NCBI GenBank assembly: GCA_963776245.1
Contig: CAVZLN010000003.1
Coordinates: 864,001 to 928,000 of the forward strand
Reading direction: 5' to 3'
DNA length: 64,000 nt
DNA from: Candidatus Eiseniibacteriota bacterium
Lineage (GTDB): Bacteria > Eisenbacteria > RBG-16-71-46
Positions 1 through 8,015 of this stretch are shown piece by piece (the stretch's first letter is position 1; the number at the start of each line of letters is the position of its first letter). Below the pieces are notes generated by a model. The model was given only the letters and a program-made list of their open reading frames with translations, ran no database searches and was not told the origin of the DNA. A program made the position numbers and the translations under genes.

Positions 1-2658
1 GCGCGCCCGCCGTCCGGCGACGCGCGCGGCAGCGACCCGCGCCTCGAGCAGCAGCGACGGGCGCGTGCGCCCGGTGGCGTCGAGCGCGCCGGCCAGCGCC
101 AGCGCCTCGAGCTCGTCGAGCGACGGGCGCGCGCGGTCGATCAGATCGGCGAGGTCGGCGAACGGCCGCCGCGCCAGCAGGCGCTGGCCGGTGGCGTGCG
201 AGAGCCCGGTCACGCGCGACAGCCCGACGCGCACCGCGCCGTCGGCGTCGAGCGCCGCCTCCCAGACCGAGCGCTCCACGCACGGCGGCCGGAACGTGAC
301 GCCGCGGCGGCGCAGGTCCTCGACGTGCACCCAGGTCGCGTACATCCCGGCGTGGTGGTCGAGCACGCCCACCGCCCACTCCGCCGGGAAGTGGGTCTTG
401 AGGTAGGCGCTCTGATAGCCGAGCACGCCGTAGCCGGCGGCGTGCGCCTTGCAGAACGCGTAGGCCGCGAAGCGCGCCAGGTCGCGCCACGCGGCGCGCG
501 CGGCCGCCTCGTCCACGCCGGCGCGCGCGCAGTGGCCGACGAAGCCGCGCTCGAGCGCGCGGAACCCGTCGTCGTCGCGCGCCTTCGCGATGGCGCGCCG
601 CAGGTCGTCCCCTTCCGCGAGCGTGAGGCCGGCGAGCGCGGCCGCCACGCACATCACGTCCTCCTCGTAGAGCATCACGCCGTGCGCGGGGCCGAGCACC
701 GCGGCCAGCCGCGGGTGGAGCGGCGGGTCGGGCTCGAGCCCGCGGTGGCGGCGGCAGTAGGCCTGCTTGGCGCTCGGGCCGCCGTCGGCGGGGGCGCCGG
801 CGGCGCCCGGGCGGACCAGCGCGACCGCGGCGATGACCTCGTCGAGCGTGCGCGCGCGCAGCATGCGCAGCAGGTGGCGCATGGCCGGCGATTCGAGCTG
901 GAAGCCGTTCAGCGTGTCCCCGGCCGCGAGCCGCTCCGCGGTGGCGTCGTCCTGCTCCGGGAGCGCGTCCACGTCGATCGCGAGGCCGTGCCGTTCGCGC
1001 ACGCGCGCCACGCAGTCGCCGATCTCGGACAGCGCGCGGTTGCCGAGCAGGTCCATCTTCACCAGCCCGAGCGCCTCGATGGCGCGCATCTCGGGCTGGG
1101 TGACCACCACCTTCTTGTCGCCGCGCTCGAGCGGCACGTAGTGCGTGAGCGGCCGGTCGGCGATCACCACCCCGCCGCAGTGGATGCCGAGGTGCCGCGG
1201 CGCGCCGTCGAGGCGCTCGGCGAGCGCGAGCGCCCGCGCCAGCACCGGCTCGCGCCAGTCCACGCCCGCGGCGCCGCGTTCGCCGTGCAGCCGGTCGAGG
1301 TAGGGCGGCTTCAGCGCGCGCGGCACGCGGCGCGCCAGCGCGTCCACCCGGGCGCTCGGCACGCCCAGCACCTTGGCGGTCTCGCGGAACGCCGACCGCG
1401 CGCCGAGCGTGGCGTGGGTGGAGATCATCGCCACGCGGTCCGCGCCGTAGGTGCGGTAGACGTGCGCGATGACCTCGTCGCGGCGCTTCCAGCACAGGTC
1501 GATGTCGAGGTCGGGGCAGTCGCGGCGCGAGGGGTTGAGGAAGCGCTCGAAGTACAGTCCGTAGCGCAACGGGTCCACGTTGGTGATGCCGAGCGCGTAC
1601 GCCACCAGCGAGCTCGCGCCCGAGCCGCGCCCCACGGTGGGGATGGCGCGCTCGCGCGCGAAGCCGACGATCTCGGCGACCAGCAGGAAGTAGTCGGTGA
1701 ACCCGCAGCGCTCGATCATCCCGAGCTCGTCGTCGAGGCGCGCGCACGCGCGCGGCTCGTCGCGGCCCCAGCGCCGCCGCACGCCCTCGCGGCCGAGGCG
1801 ACGCAGGCGCGCCGGGCCGCTCTCCCCGTCGCCGAGCGGGGCGCGCGGGAAGATCGGCGTGCCCATCTCGAGCTCGAGCCGGCAGCGGGCGGCGAGCGCG
1901 GCGTTGTTCGCCAGCGCGGGCGCGGCGGCCTCGGGCACGCCGGCGCCGCCGCAGGCCGCGCGCACGCGCCGCGCCCACTCGGCCGGCGGCGCCAGCCACG
2001 CCTCGCGCGCGGCGAACGCCGCCGCCGGCATGCGCTCGAGCAGCTCGCCCGCGGCCGCCGTCACCGCGACGCGGTGGGGCTCGTGGTCGCGCGCGTCGAG
2101 CATCACCACGTCCCCGGTGGCGACCAGCGGCACCCCGAGCCGCCGGGCGCCGGCGACGCGCTCGGCGAGCCGGACGCGCTCGCCCGGCAGCCCGCGCACG
2201 CCCATCCACAGTCCGCCCGCGCGCGCGCCGGGGCCCCGCGCGTCGTCGCCGGTGGCCGCGGGCACGCCGGCGCGCAGCAGCCCCGCGGCGAGGCCGGTCG
2301 ATTCCACCACGACGTGCAGTCCGGCGTGGCGCTCGGCGAGCGCCGCGGTGAGGTCGAACGCCGCGTCCAGATGGCGGAGCGTGAGCACCTCGCACAGGCG
2401 CGCCCAGCCGCGGCGGTCGAGCGGCAGCAGCAGCGCCGCGCCGCTCGCGTGCGTGACCTCCGCGCCCGCGAGCGGGCGCAGCCCGGCGGCGCGCGCGACC
2501 TGGACGAAGCGCACCGCCAGGTAGAGGTTGTCGCGGTCGGTGAGCGCGAGCGCGTCGTAGCCGAGCGCCAGCGATCGCTCCACCAGCGCCTCGGGCGCCG
2601 CGGTGCCGTACAGCAGCGACCCGTGCGAGCGCACGCGCAGCGGCACGAAGGTGGTCAT
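1..2658 (-). CDS. dnaE2: Error-prone DNA polymerase III alpha subunit, DnaE2-like (3' end runs off the window)
   Basis: Not in the ORF track because there is no stop in the window. Manual translation from ATG 2658 gives MTTFVPLRVRSHGSLLYG, LTDRDNLY, GRGSGASSLVAYALGITNVDP, FERFLNPSRRDCPDLDIDL, GLVKMDLLGNRAL, FQLESPAMR and YAFCKAHA..YLKTHFP, all C-family motifs. The start, PDLDID and YLKTHFP were checked to be in one frame. Adjacent to a PolY gene. Confidence 0.92.
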   Translation of the reverse strand, partial: MTTFVPLRVRSHGSLLYGTAAPEALVERSLALGYDALALTDRDNLYLAVRFVQVARAAGLRPLAGAEVTHASGAALLLPLDRRGWARLCEVLTLRHLDAAFDLTAALAERHAGLHVVVESTGLAAGLLRAGVPAATGDDARGPGARAGGLWMGVRGLPGERVRLAERVAGARRLGVPLVATGDVVMLDARDHEPHRVAVTAAAGELLERMPAAAFAAREAWLAPPAEWARRVRAACGGAGVPEAAAPALANNAALAARCRLELEMGTPIFPRAPLGDGESGPARLRRLGREGVRRRWGRDEPRACARLDDELGMIERCGFTDYFLLVAEIVGFARERAIPTVGRGSGASSLVAYALGITNVDPLRYGLYFERFLNPSRRDCPDLDIDLCWKRRDEVIAHVYRTYGADRVAMISTHATLGARSAFRETAKVLGVPSARVDALARRVPRALKPPYLDRLHGERGAAGVDWREPVLARALALAERLDGAPRHLGIHCGGVVIADRPLTHYVPLERGDKKVVVTQPEMRAIEALGLVKMDLLGNRALSEIGDCVARVRERHGLAIDVDALPEQDDATAERLAAGDTLNGFQLESPAMRHLLRMLRARTLDEVIAAVALVRPGAAGAPADGGPSAKQAYCRRHRGLEPDPPLHPRLAAVLGPAHGVMLYEEDVMCVAAALAGLTLAEGDDLRRAIAKARDDDGFRALERGFVGHCARAGVDEAAARAAWRDLARFAAYAFCKAHAAGYGVLGYQSAYLKTHFPAEWAVGVLDHHAGMYATWVHVEDLRRRGVTFRPPCVERSVWEAALDADGAVRVGLSRVTGLSHATGQRLLARRPFADLADLIDRARPSLDELEALALAGALDATGRTRPSLLLEARVAAARVAGRRAR

Positions 2659-2691
2659 GGCGCGCGCCGGGATCGCGTCATCGCCGGCGTC

Positions 2692-3057
2692 TCACGCGGC
2701 CGCGTGCTCCTCGATCAGCCCGAGGGCGTTGCCGAACGGGTCGCGCACGCGCGCCACGCGCACCCCGCCGCCCACGTCGCGCGGTTCGGCCGCCGCGGTG
2801 GCGCCGCGCGCCAGCAGCCACGCCCACGTGGCGTCGAGGTCGGCGACGCGCCAGTACGCCAGCCCGCCCGCCGCGCCCGTCGGGTGGTCGCCGACGTCGG
2901 GGTCGAGGCCGAGCTCGAAGCCGGCGACGTCGAAGCCGACGTAGAACGGCTGGTCGAAGTACGGCGCCTGCTCGAGCACGGTGGCGTACCAGTCGCGGGC
3001 GCGCGCGAGGTCGGGGGCGGGGTAGATGACGGTGCGCAATCCGAGCAGGTGGGGCAC
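2692..3057 (-). CDS. VOC/glyoxalase family protein
   Basis: 121 aa; LRTVIYPAPDLARARDWY...ELGLDP...VRDPFGNALGLIE; GAAAGGA RBS before the GTG start. Confidence 0.85.
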   Translation of the reverse strand: MPHLLGLRTVIYPAPDLARARDWYATVLEQAPYFDQPFYVGFDVAGFELGLDPDVGDHPTGAAGGLAYWRVADLDATWAWLLARGATAAAEPRDVGGGVRVARVRDPFGNALGLIEEHAAA

Positions 3058-3115
3058 GTCGGCGTCCTTTCGGCGAGGGGTCGTGGAGGATCCCGGCCGG
3101 GGCCGGGGCGGTGCG

Positions 3116-4327
3116 TCATTTCGTGAGCGAGGGCGTGCGCAGCACGAAGCCGTGCTCGTCCTCGCCGAGGCGGCCCTTCAGGTGGAGCGCGCGTCCGGAC
3201 ACCAGCACGCCGTGCCCGAAGCGCTCGCGCACGCCGTCGAACGCGCGGTAGAGCGCGGCGCGGCGTCCGGCCTCGGGCTCGTCGAACAGCGCGCCCTGCT
3301 CGCCGCCGCCGCGCGCGAAGCGCGACAGCGCGAGCCCGACTCCGTGCAGCGCGACGCGGCGCGTGAACTGGCGGCGCAGCGAGTCGAGCGCGCCCGCCAG
3401 CACCACCGGGTCGGCATCCGAGGGGGTCGCGAGCGCCCGCGTGCGCTCGCTCCACTCGCCGTCGCTGTAACGCAGGCGGCAGCTCACCGCGCCCGGCTTG
3501 ATCCCGAGCTCGCGCGCGGTGCGGCACGCGCGGCCCACCAGGTACTCGAGCATGCCCTCGATCTCGGCGCGGTCGGCGGTATCGCGGTGGAACGAGGTCT
3601 CGCGCGAGATCGAGAGCGGGACCTCGCGCCCGCGCACCGCGGCGGTGTCGCGCCCCCGGCAGCGCTCGTACAGCAGCCGCCCGGGCGACCCGAACAGCGA
3701 CTCGAGCGCGTCGGCCGGCAGCGCGCGCAGCTCGCCGATGGTGCGCACGTTCATCGAGCGCAGCGTCTTCGCGTGGGCGTGGCCGACGCCCGCCAGCTGC
3801 TCGACCGGGCGATCGCGCAGGAACGCGTCGGCGTCGCGCGCGTCGAGGCGCGCCAGGCCGTCGGGCTTGACCGTCCTGCCCACCAGCTTCGCGAGCATGC
3901 GATTGGGGCCGATGCCGCACGTCACGGTGAGCCCGGTGGCGGCGCGGATGGCGTCCTTGAGCCCGCGCGCGGCCGCCAGCATGTCGCCGTGCAGCCGTTC
4001 GGTGCCGGTGAGGTCGCAGTAGGCCTCGTCGAGGTAGGTCTCGAGCGCGGGCGAGAGCGCGCGGCAGCGCTCGAAGATGGCCTCGGCGAAGCAGCGGTAG
4101 ACCTGCGCGTGGCCCTCGACGATCACCGCCCGCGGGCAGAGCCGCCGGGCCTCGGAGAGCGTCATCCCCGCCCGCAGCCCGAAGGCGCGCGCCTCGTACG
4201 AACACGACGCGATCACGCCCGCGCCGACGATGACGGGCCGGCCGCGCAGCGCGGGGTCGCGCTGCTGCTCGATGGCGGCGAAGAACGCGTCGATGTCCAC
4301 GTGGAGCACCAGCGAGGGAGCGTCCAT
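3116..4327 (-). CDS. dinB: Y-family DNA polymerase IV (DinB-like), catalytic residues intact
   Basis: HVDIDAFFA, SYEARAFG and YLDEAY motifs; clamp-binding QGALF; ATG at 4327 overlaps the upstream stop (TGATG). Confidence 0.92.
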   Translation of the reverse strand: MDAPSLVLHVDIDAFFAAIEQQRDPALRGRPVIVGAGVIASCSYEARAFGLRAGMTLSEARRLCPRAVIVEGHAQVYRCFAEAIFERCRALSPALETYLDEAYCDLTGTERLHGDMLAAARGLKDAIRAATGLTVTCGIGPNRMLAKLVGRTVKPDGLARLDARDADAFLRDRPVEQLAGVGHAHAKTLRSMNVRTIGELRALPADALESLFGSPGRLLYERCRGRDTAAVRGREVPLSISRETSFHRDTADRAEIEGMLEYLVGRACRTARELGIKPGAVSCRLRYSDGEWSERTRALATPSDADPVVLAGALDSLRRQFTRRVALHGVGLALSRFARGGGEQGALFDEPEAGRRAALYRAFDGVRERFGHGVLVSGRALHLKGRLGEDEHGFVLRTPSLTK

Positions 4328-4581
4328 CAGCCCTCCAGCGTGACCGAGTCCAGCCACCACACCAGCTCACCGCTCTGCAGCGACAACTGGTAGAGGTCGC
4401 CGCTGTCGGCGGTGACCGAGAAGTGGAAGTGCGGATGCCGGGGCATGCGATCCACCCAGCGCGCGTTCACGCACACGATGCGGACCTCGCGGCCGCGGCG
4501 CCTGAAGGTGAGCGGGGTCACCGTGCCGCCCTGGAAGTCGGCGCGCACGGCGATGGCTTCATCGATGGGTTCGTTTCGCAT
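4327..4581 (-). CDS. Small (84 aa) beta-rich hypothetical protein, probable PolY/DnaE2 accessory (DUF6504-like by recall)
   Basis: MRNEPIDEAIAVRADF...PLTFRRRGREVRI...WVDR...FHFSVTADSGDLYQLSLQSGELVWWLD; first gene after the SOS promoter and translationally coupled to dinB. Confidence 0.7.
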   Translation of the reverse strand: MRNEPIDEAIAVRADFQGGTVTPLTFRRRGREVRIVCVNARWVDRMPRHPHFHFSVTADSGDLYQLSLQSGELVWWLDSVTLEG

Positions 4582-4600
4582 GTCGGACCTGGCGAGCGGC

Positions 4601-4629
4601 AGTCTACTGCACGTATGTGCACCTCGCAA
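4601..4629 (-). promoter_or_regulatory. Sigma70-type promoter of the mutagenesis operon
   Basis: Minus strand TTGCGA-N17-TAGACT; the -10 ends 19 nt upstream of ATG 4581. Confidence 0.75.
4608..4621. promoter_or_regulatory. Putative LexA operator (SOS box) TGCAC-GTAT-GTGCA
   Basis: Perfect palindrome inside the -35/-10 spacer; fits the TGCNC-N4-GTGCA LexA box described for Fibrobacter. Confidence 0.7.
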
Positions 4630-4769
4630 GGGATATCGGGCGCGCCGCCTCCGGCCGGCCCGGAGCCGCTGTGGACGCGGCGGCGCGGGGCCGATACCGT
4701 GCGCGCCGGGCCGGAGCGCTGTGGTAAGGATGGCGCGGCCCCCCCCGTACCCACCGAAGGAGATCCGCC

Positions 4770-5612
4770 GTGAGATCCGTGAAACTGGTCGTCGCGCTCG
4801 CGCTCGCCGCGGGTGTGCTGTTCGCCGCCGCGCGCCTGGGCGCCGCACCGGTCGCGCTCAAGGTCAGCGAGTACGGCTCGGGCCCCACCCTGGTGCTGGT
4901 GCACGGGCTCGGCGGCGCGGGGATCCAGTGGATGCCCACCGCGCGCAAGCTGCTCGGCGCGCACCACGTGATGATGGTGGACCTGCCGGGCCACGGCGAG
5001 AGCCCGATGCCCGAGCCGTTCTCGATCGACGACGTGGCCGAGTCGCTCGATCGCGTGCTGGCGACGCAGCCGCAGGGCTCCGTCGTCGTGGGCCACGGCC
5101 TTGGCGGCCTGGTCGCGATCGCGGAGATGCGCCGCCACCCCGAGCACCTGAAGGGGCTGGTGATCATCGACGCCAGCGCGAAGTTCACCGTGCCGGTGCC
5201 CGACCAGCAGCAGAAGATGTTCCTCGAGTTCATCGACACGAACTACGACATGTTCCTGAAGCAGATGTTCACGCGGCTGGGCCGCGATTCAGTCCAGGGC
5301 GTGCAGATCCACGCGCAGGCCAGCCAGATGCCGAAGTCGGCGATGCTCGCGTACATGCGCGCGTTGCTCAACGTGGACGAATCGGCGGCGCTCAAGACCC
5401 CGCCGGTGCCGGTGCTCTACATCGGCTCGGCCAAGGCCTGGCCGGACACCATGGCGTGGGCCGAGGTCGCCCGGACGCACGGCATCCCCGACGCGAGCGT
5501 CATCGCCTCGCGGCGCATCGGCGATAGCGGCTACTGGATGATGAAGGAGCAGCCCGACTCGCTCGCGACGGCGCTCGCCGCGTTCGCGAAGAAGGCGTTC
5601 GGCGGCAAGTAG
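4770..5612 (+). CDS. Secreted alpha/beta-hydrolase fold protein lacking the catalytic Ser and His
   Basis: Signal peptide; LVHGLGG and VDLPGHGES motifs; nucleophile elbow reads GHGLGG and His loop reads DSGYWMM; AAGGAG RBS. Confidence 0.85.
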   Translation: MRSVKLVVALALAAGVLFAAARLGAAPVALKVSEYGSGPTLVLVHGLGGAGIQWMPTARKLLGAHHVMMVDLPGHGESPMPEPFSIDDVAESLDRVLATQPQGSVVVGHGLGGLVAIAEMRRHPEHLKGLVIIDASAKFTVPVPDQQQKMFLEFIDTNYDMFLKQMFTRLGRDSVQGVQIHAQASQMPKSAMLAYMRALLNVDESAALKTPPVPVLYIGSAKAWPDTMAWAEVARTHGIPDASVIASRRIGDSGYWMMKEQPDSLATALAAFAKKAFGGK

Positions 5613-5759
5613 CGGCACTCACCGCGCGGGACGGTGGCGCCAGGCCGCCGCCCCGGCGGGTCCCGCGCCGCCGCGCAGCACCGCGCGCCGCTCTTCAGCC
5701 CGGCCGCTTACCGGCCGATGACCACGGAAGTGCTCCGCCCTTGCGGGGTGCGCACTTCC

Positions 5760-6620
5760 ATGGACCGGTCCTCGCTTCGCCTTCCACTCCTGCTGGTGCT
5801 GCTCGCCGCGCTCGCGCTGACGTTCGCGGGGCTCGGCGGCGCGGGCCGTCCTGCGCCCGCGGCGCACTATGCGATGGGGCGCGGGCCCACGGTGGTGCTC
5901 GTGCACGGGCTCGGCAGCCGCATCGGCCACTGGCTGCCGGTCGCGCGGCTGCTGGCGCGCGACCACCGCGTGGTGCTGGTGGACCTGCCGGGCCACGGCG
6001 ACACGGAACTGCCGGAGCCGTTCTCGCTCGACCGCGCGATGCAGTCGCTCGAGGGCGCGCTCGAGCAGGAGGAGGGCCCGGTCGTGCTGGTCGGCCATTC
6101 GGTCGGCGGTCTGGTCGCGGCGCAGACGGCGCTCGAGCATCCGGAGCACGTGCGCGCGCTGGTGCTGGTGGAGACCGCGCTGCGTCCGCAGCTCGAGGGC
6201 GAGGAGCGCGCGCGACTGATGCGCGCGCTCGACTCGGACTACCAGGGGGTGCTGCGCACGGCCTACGAGTCGTTCGGTCGCGACTCGCTGCAGGGGCGCG
6301 CGCTCTACGAAGAGGTCGCGGTGCTGGAGCCGTCGCACATCAAGCCGTGGATCCGCCTGGCGCTGACGCTCGACCCCTCCGAGCGCATGGGTCATCTGCG
6401 CGCGCCGCTGCTCGCGGTGTTCGCGGAGCGCTCGTGGCCGCTGGACGAGTCGTGGGCGCGCGCGTCCGCAACGCTGGGCTACGACCACGTGCCGCGCGTG
6501 GATCCGGTGCGGGTGCTGGACTGCGGGCATTTCGTGATGCTCGATCAGCCCGCGCGCCTCGCGTCGCTGATCGCGCGCTTCGGCGCCCGGCCCGACACGC
6601 TGCCGGTCGCGACCCGCTGA
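5760..6620 (+). CDS. Secreted alpha/beta hydrolase (active-site Ser/His present)
   Basis: Signal peptide; LVHGLGS, VDLPGHGD, GHSVGG and DCGHFVMLDQP; paralog of the upstream gene. Confidence 0.88.
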   Translation: MDRSSLRLPLLLVLLAALALTFAGLGGAGRPAPAAHYAMGRGPTVVLVHGLGSRIGHWLPVARLLARDHRVVLVDLPGHGDTELPEPFSLDRAMQSLEGALEQEEGPVVLVGHSVGGLVAAQTALEHPEHVRALVLVETALRPQLEGEERARLMRALDSDYQGVLRTAYESFGRDSLQGRALYEEVAVLEPSHIKPWIRLALTLDPSERMGHLRAPLLAVFAERSWPLDESWARASATLGYDHVPRVDPVRVLDCGHFVMLDQPARLASLIARFGARPDTLPVATR

Positions 6621-6754
6621 CGCACCCGCCCCGGCGCGCTGCGACGGTGGATCGGCTGCGTGGCCCGCTCACCGGGGCGGGTACATCCTCCGGGCGATGA
6701 ATCCGCTCCGCCGGGATCGCCCTCCGGACGCACCCGCCCCGGCGCGCTGCGACG
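6619..6754 (-). repeat. Structured hairpin element copy 1 (hairpin 6672-6742) with 28-bp direct repeat (6619-6646, 6727-6754)
   Basis: Plus strand: CCGGGGCGGGTACATCC-TCC-GGGCGAT-[GAATCCGCTCCGCCGGG]-ATCGCCC-TCC-GGACGCACCCGCCCCGG; the two A-C mismatches are G-U on the minus strand. Confidence 0.8.
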
Positions 6755-6763
6755 CGCTGTGAG

Positions 6764-7318
6764 TCAGTGCGGTGAGCGTATGGAATCGAGGGGCATGCCC
6801 ATCTGCCGCATGCGGGTCGTGGTCCAGGCCCGCTCCATCCACTTCAGCACGGGGTCGCGGCCGGGGTACCCGATGGTGCGCTCGAAGCGCGGGCTCCCCG
6901 GCCACGCGACCACCAGCGTGGGGAAGCCGGTGATGCCGTAGGCCTGCTGCAGCCGGTCGACCTCGGGGGGATTCCGGCCGTCCTCGCGCTGGCGATCGGT
7001 GACGCGCACCGGCACGAACATCCGCGCGATCTCCTGCGCGGCCCGCGGGTCGGAGAACACCTCGAGCGCCATGAGATTGCAGGGTCCGCACCACTCGGCG
7101 CTGAAGTCGTAGAGCACCGGCTTGCCGGTGCGCTGCGACTCGGCCGCGGCGGATTCGATCCCCACCCAGACGACCCGGTCCTGCGCTCCGCGCGCGTGCG
7201 CGGCCTCCCACACGCCGGTCGCGATGCGGGCGGCGAGCAGCACGGCGGCGAGCGCGACCAGCGCGGGCGGCATCCCGCGGCTCGGGCCGCTGGCGCGCGG
7301 GGCGTCAGCCGGCGGCAT
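6764..7318 (-). CDS. Membrane-anchored thioredoxin-family protein
   Basis: N-terminal hydrophobic helix; YDFSAEWCGPC; GFPTLVV cis-Pro loop. Confidence 0.85.
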   Translation of the reverse strand: MPPADAPRASGPSRGMPPALVALAAVLLAARIATGVWEAAHARGAQDRVVWVGIESAAAESQRTGKPVLYDFSAEWCGPCNLMALEVFSDPRAAQEIARMFVPVRVTDRQREDGRNPPEVDRLQQAYGITGFPTLVVAWPGSPRFERTIGYPGRDPVLKWMERAWTTTRMRQMGMPLDSIRSPH

Positions 7319-8015
7319 ACGAAAGTTCCTTGCGGTTCACCGCCCAGATCGCGACCACCAGACAGATCGCGAGGGTCGAGAGGTAGGAGGCGATCGCGAA
7401 CCACGACACCTCGCCGTGCCCGAAGAACGGCGCCGGGTCGAGCGAGCCGTCGATGAAGCGCTGGCACTCCTCGCCGGCGCGCGTCAGCCACCCGATCCGC
7501 TTCGCCGCGCCCACGTTGGTCATCACGCTGGCTGCGAGGAAGGCGAGCAGGTAGAGCCCGAGATCGCCGAGGCCCGGCGCGAGCGACGAGAACATGAGCA
7601 GCACCGCCGAGAGCCCGAACACCACCAGCGCGCCATCGAGCATCTTGGCGGCCATCAGCGCGGCGGTCACGTCGCCGTGGCGCGCGAGCGACACCGCCGC
7701 GCCCGCCACCACCTGGAGCACGCACACCGCGGTCGCCAGCGAGCCCGCCGCCAGCCAGCGCGAGAGCACGTACTCCCACCGCCGCAGCGGCCGCGCGAAC
7801 GCCAGCGTGAGCACCCCGCTCGAGACGTCCTGCCCGATGAGGCCGGCGGCGAACACGAACGCGAACACGCCCATGGTGTTCTTGCCCAGCATCGCGATCG
7901 ATCCGGTGAGCATCACCGGCAGCAGCCCGAAGCCGAAGAACACCAGCGCGAGCATCAGCCGCATCGGGCTGTTGAGGCGCTGGCGCCAGAAGGTGGTGAT
8001 GAGCGTGGCGTTCAT
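7305..8015 (-). CDS. ABC-2 type exporter permease
   Basis: Multiple TM helices; GQDVSSGVLTLAFARPLRRWEYVLSRW motif; coupled to the ATPase gene. Confidence 0.85.
   Translation of the reverse strand: MNATLITTFWRQRLNSPMRLMLALVFFGFGLLPVMLTGSIAMLGKNTMGVFAFVFAAGLIGQDVSSGVLTLAFARPLRRWEYVLSRWLAAGSLATAVCVLQVVAGAAVSLARHGDVTAALMAAKMLDGALVVFGLSAVLLMFSSLAPGLGDLGLYLLAFLAASVMTNVGAAKRIGWLTRAGEECQRFIDGSLDPAPFFGHGEVSWFAIASYLSTLAICLVVAIWAVNRKELSYAAG

Noticed and set aside
196..3126. 976-aa plus-strand ORF, and similar long Arg/Ala-rich ORFs (e.g. 20193-22325, 29950-31977, 53212-55362, 60677-63310)
   Set aside because: Antisense shadows of real genes; stop codons are rare at this GC and the translations have no family motifs.
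3116..4327. Calling the PolY gene imuB
   Set aside because: Catalytic Asp/Glu residues are intact, unlike ImuB.
6672..6742. Hairpin family as plain intrinsic terminators, tRNA, SRP RNA or SECIS
   Set aside because: No U-tracts, cloverleaf or SRP GGAA-loop motif; the upstream thioredoxin has CGPC with no in-frame UGA; one copy lies between divergent genes.
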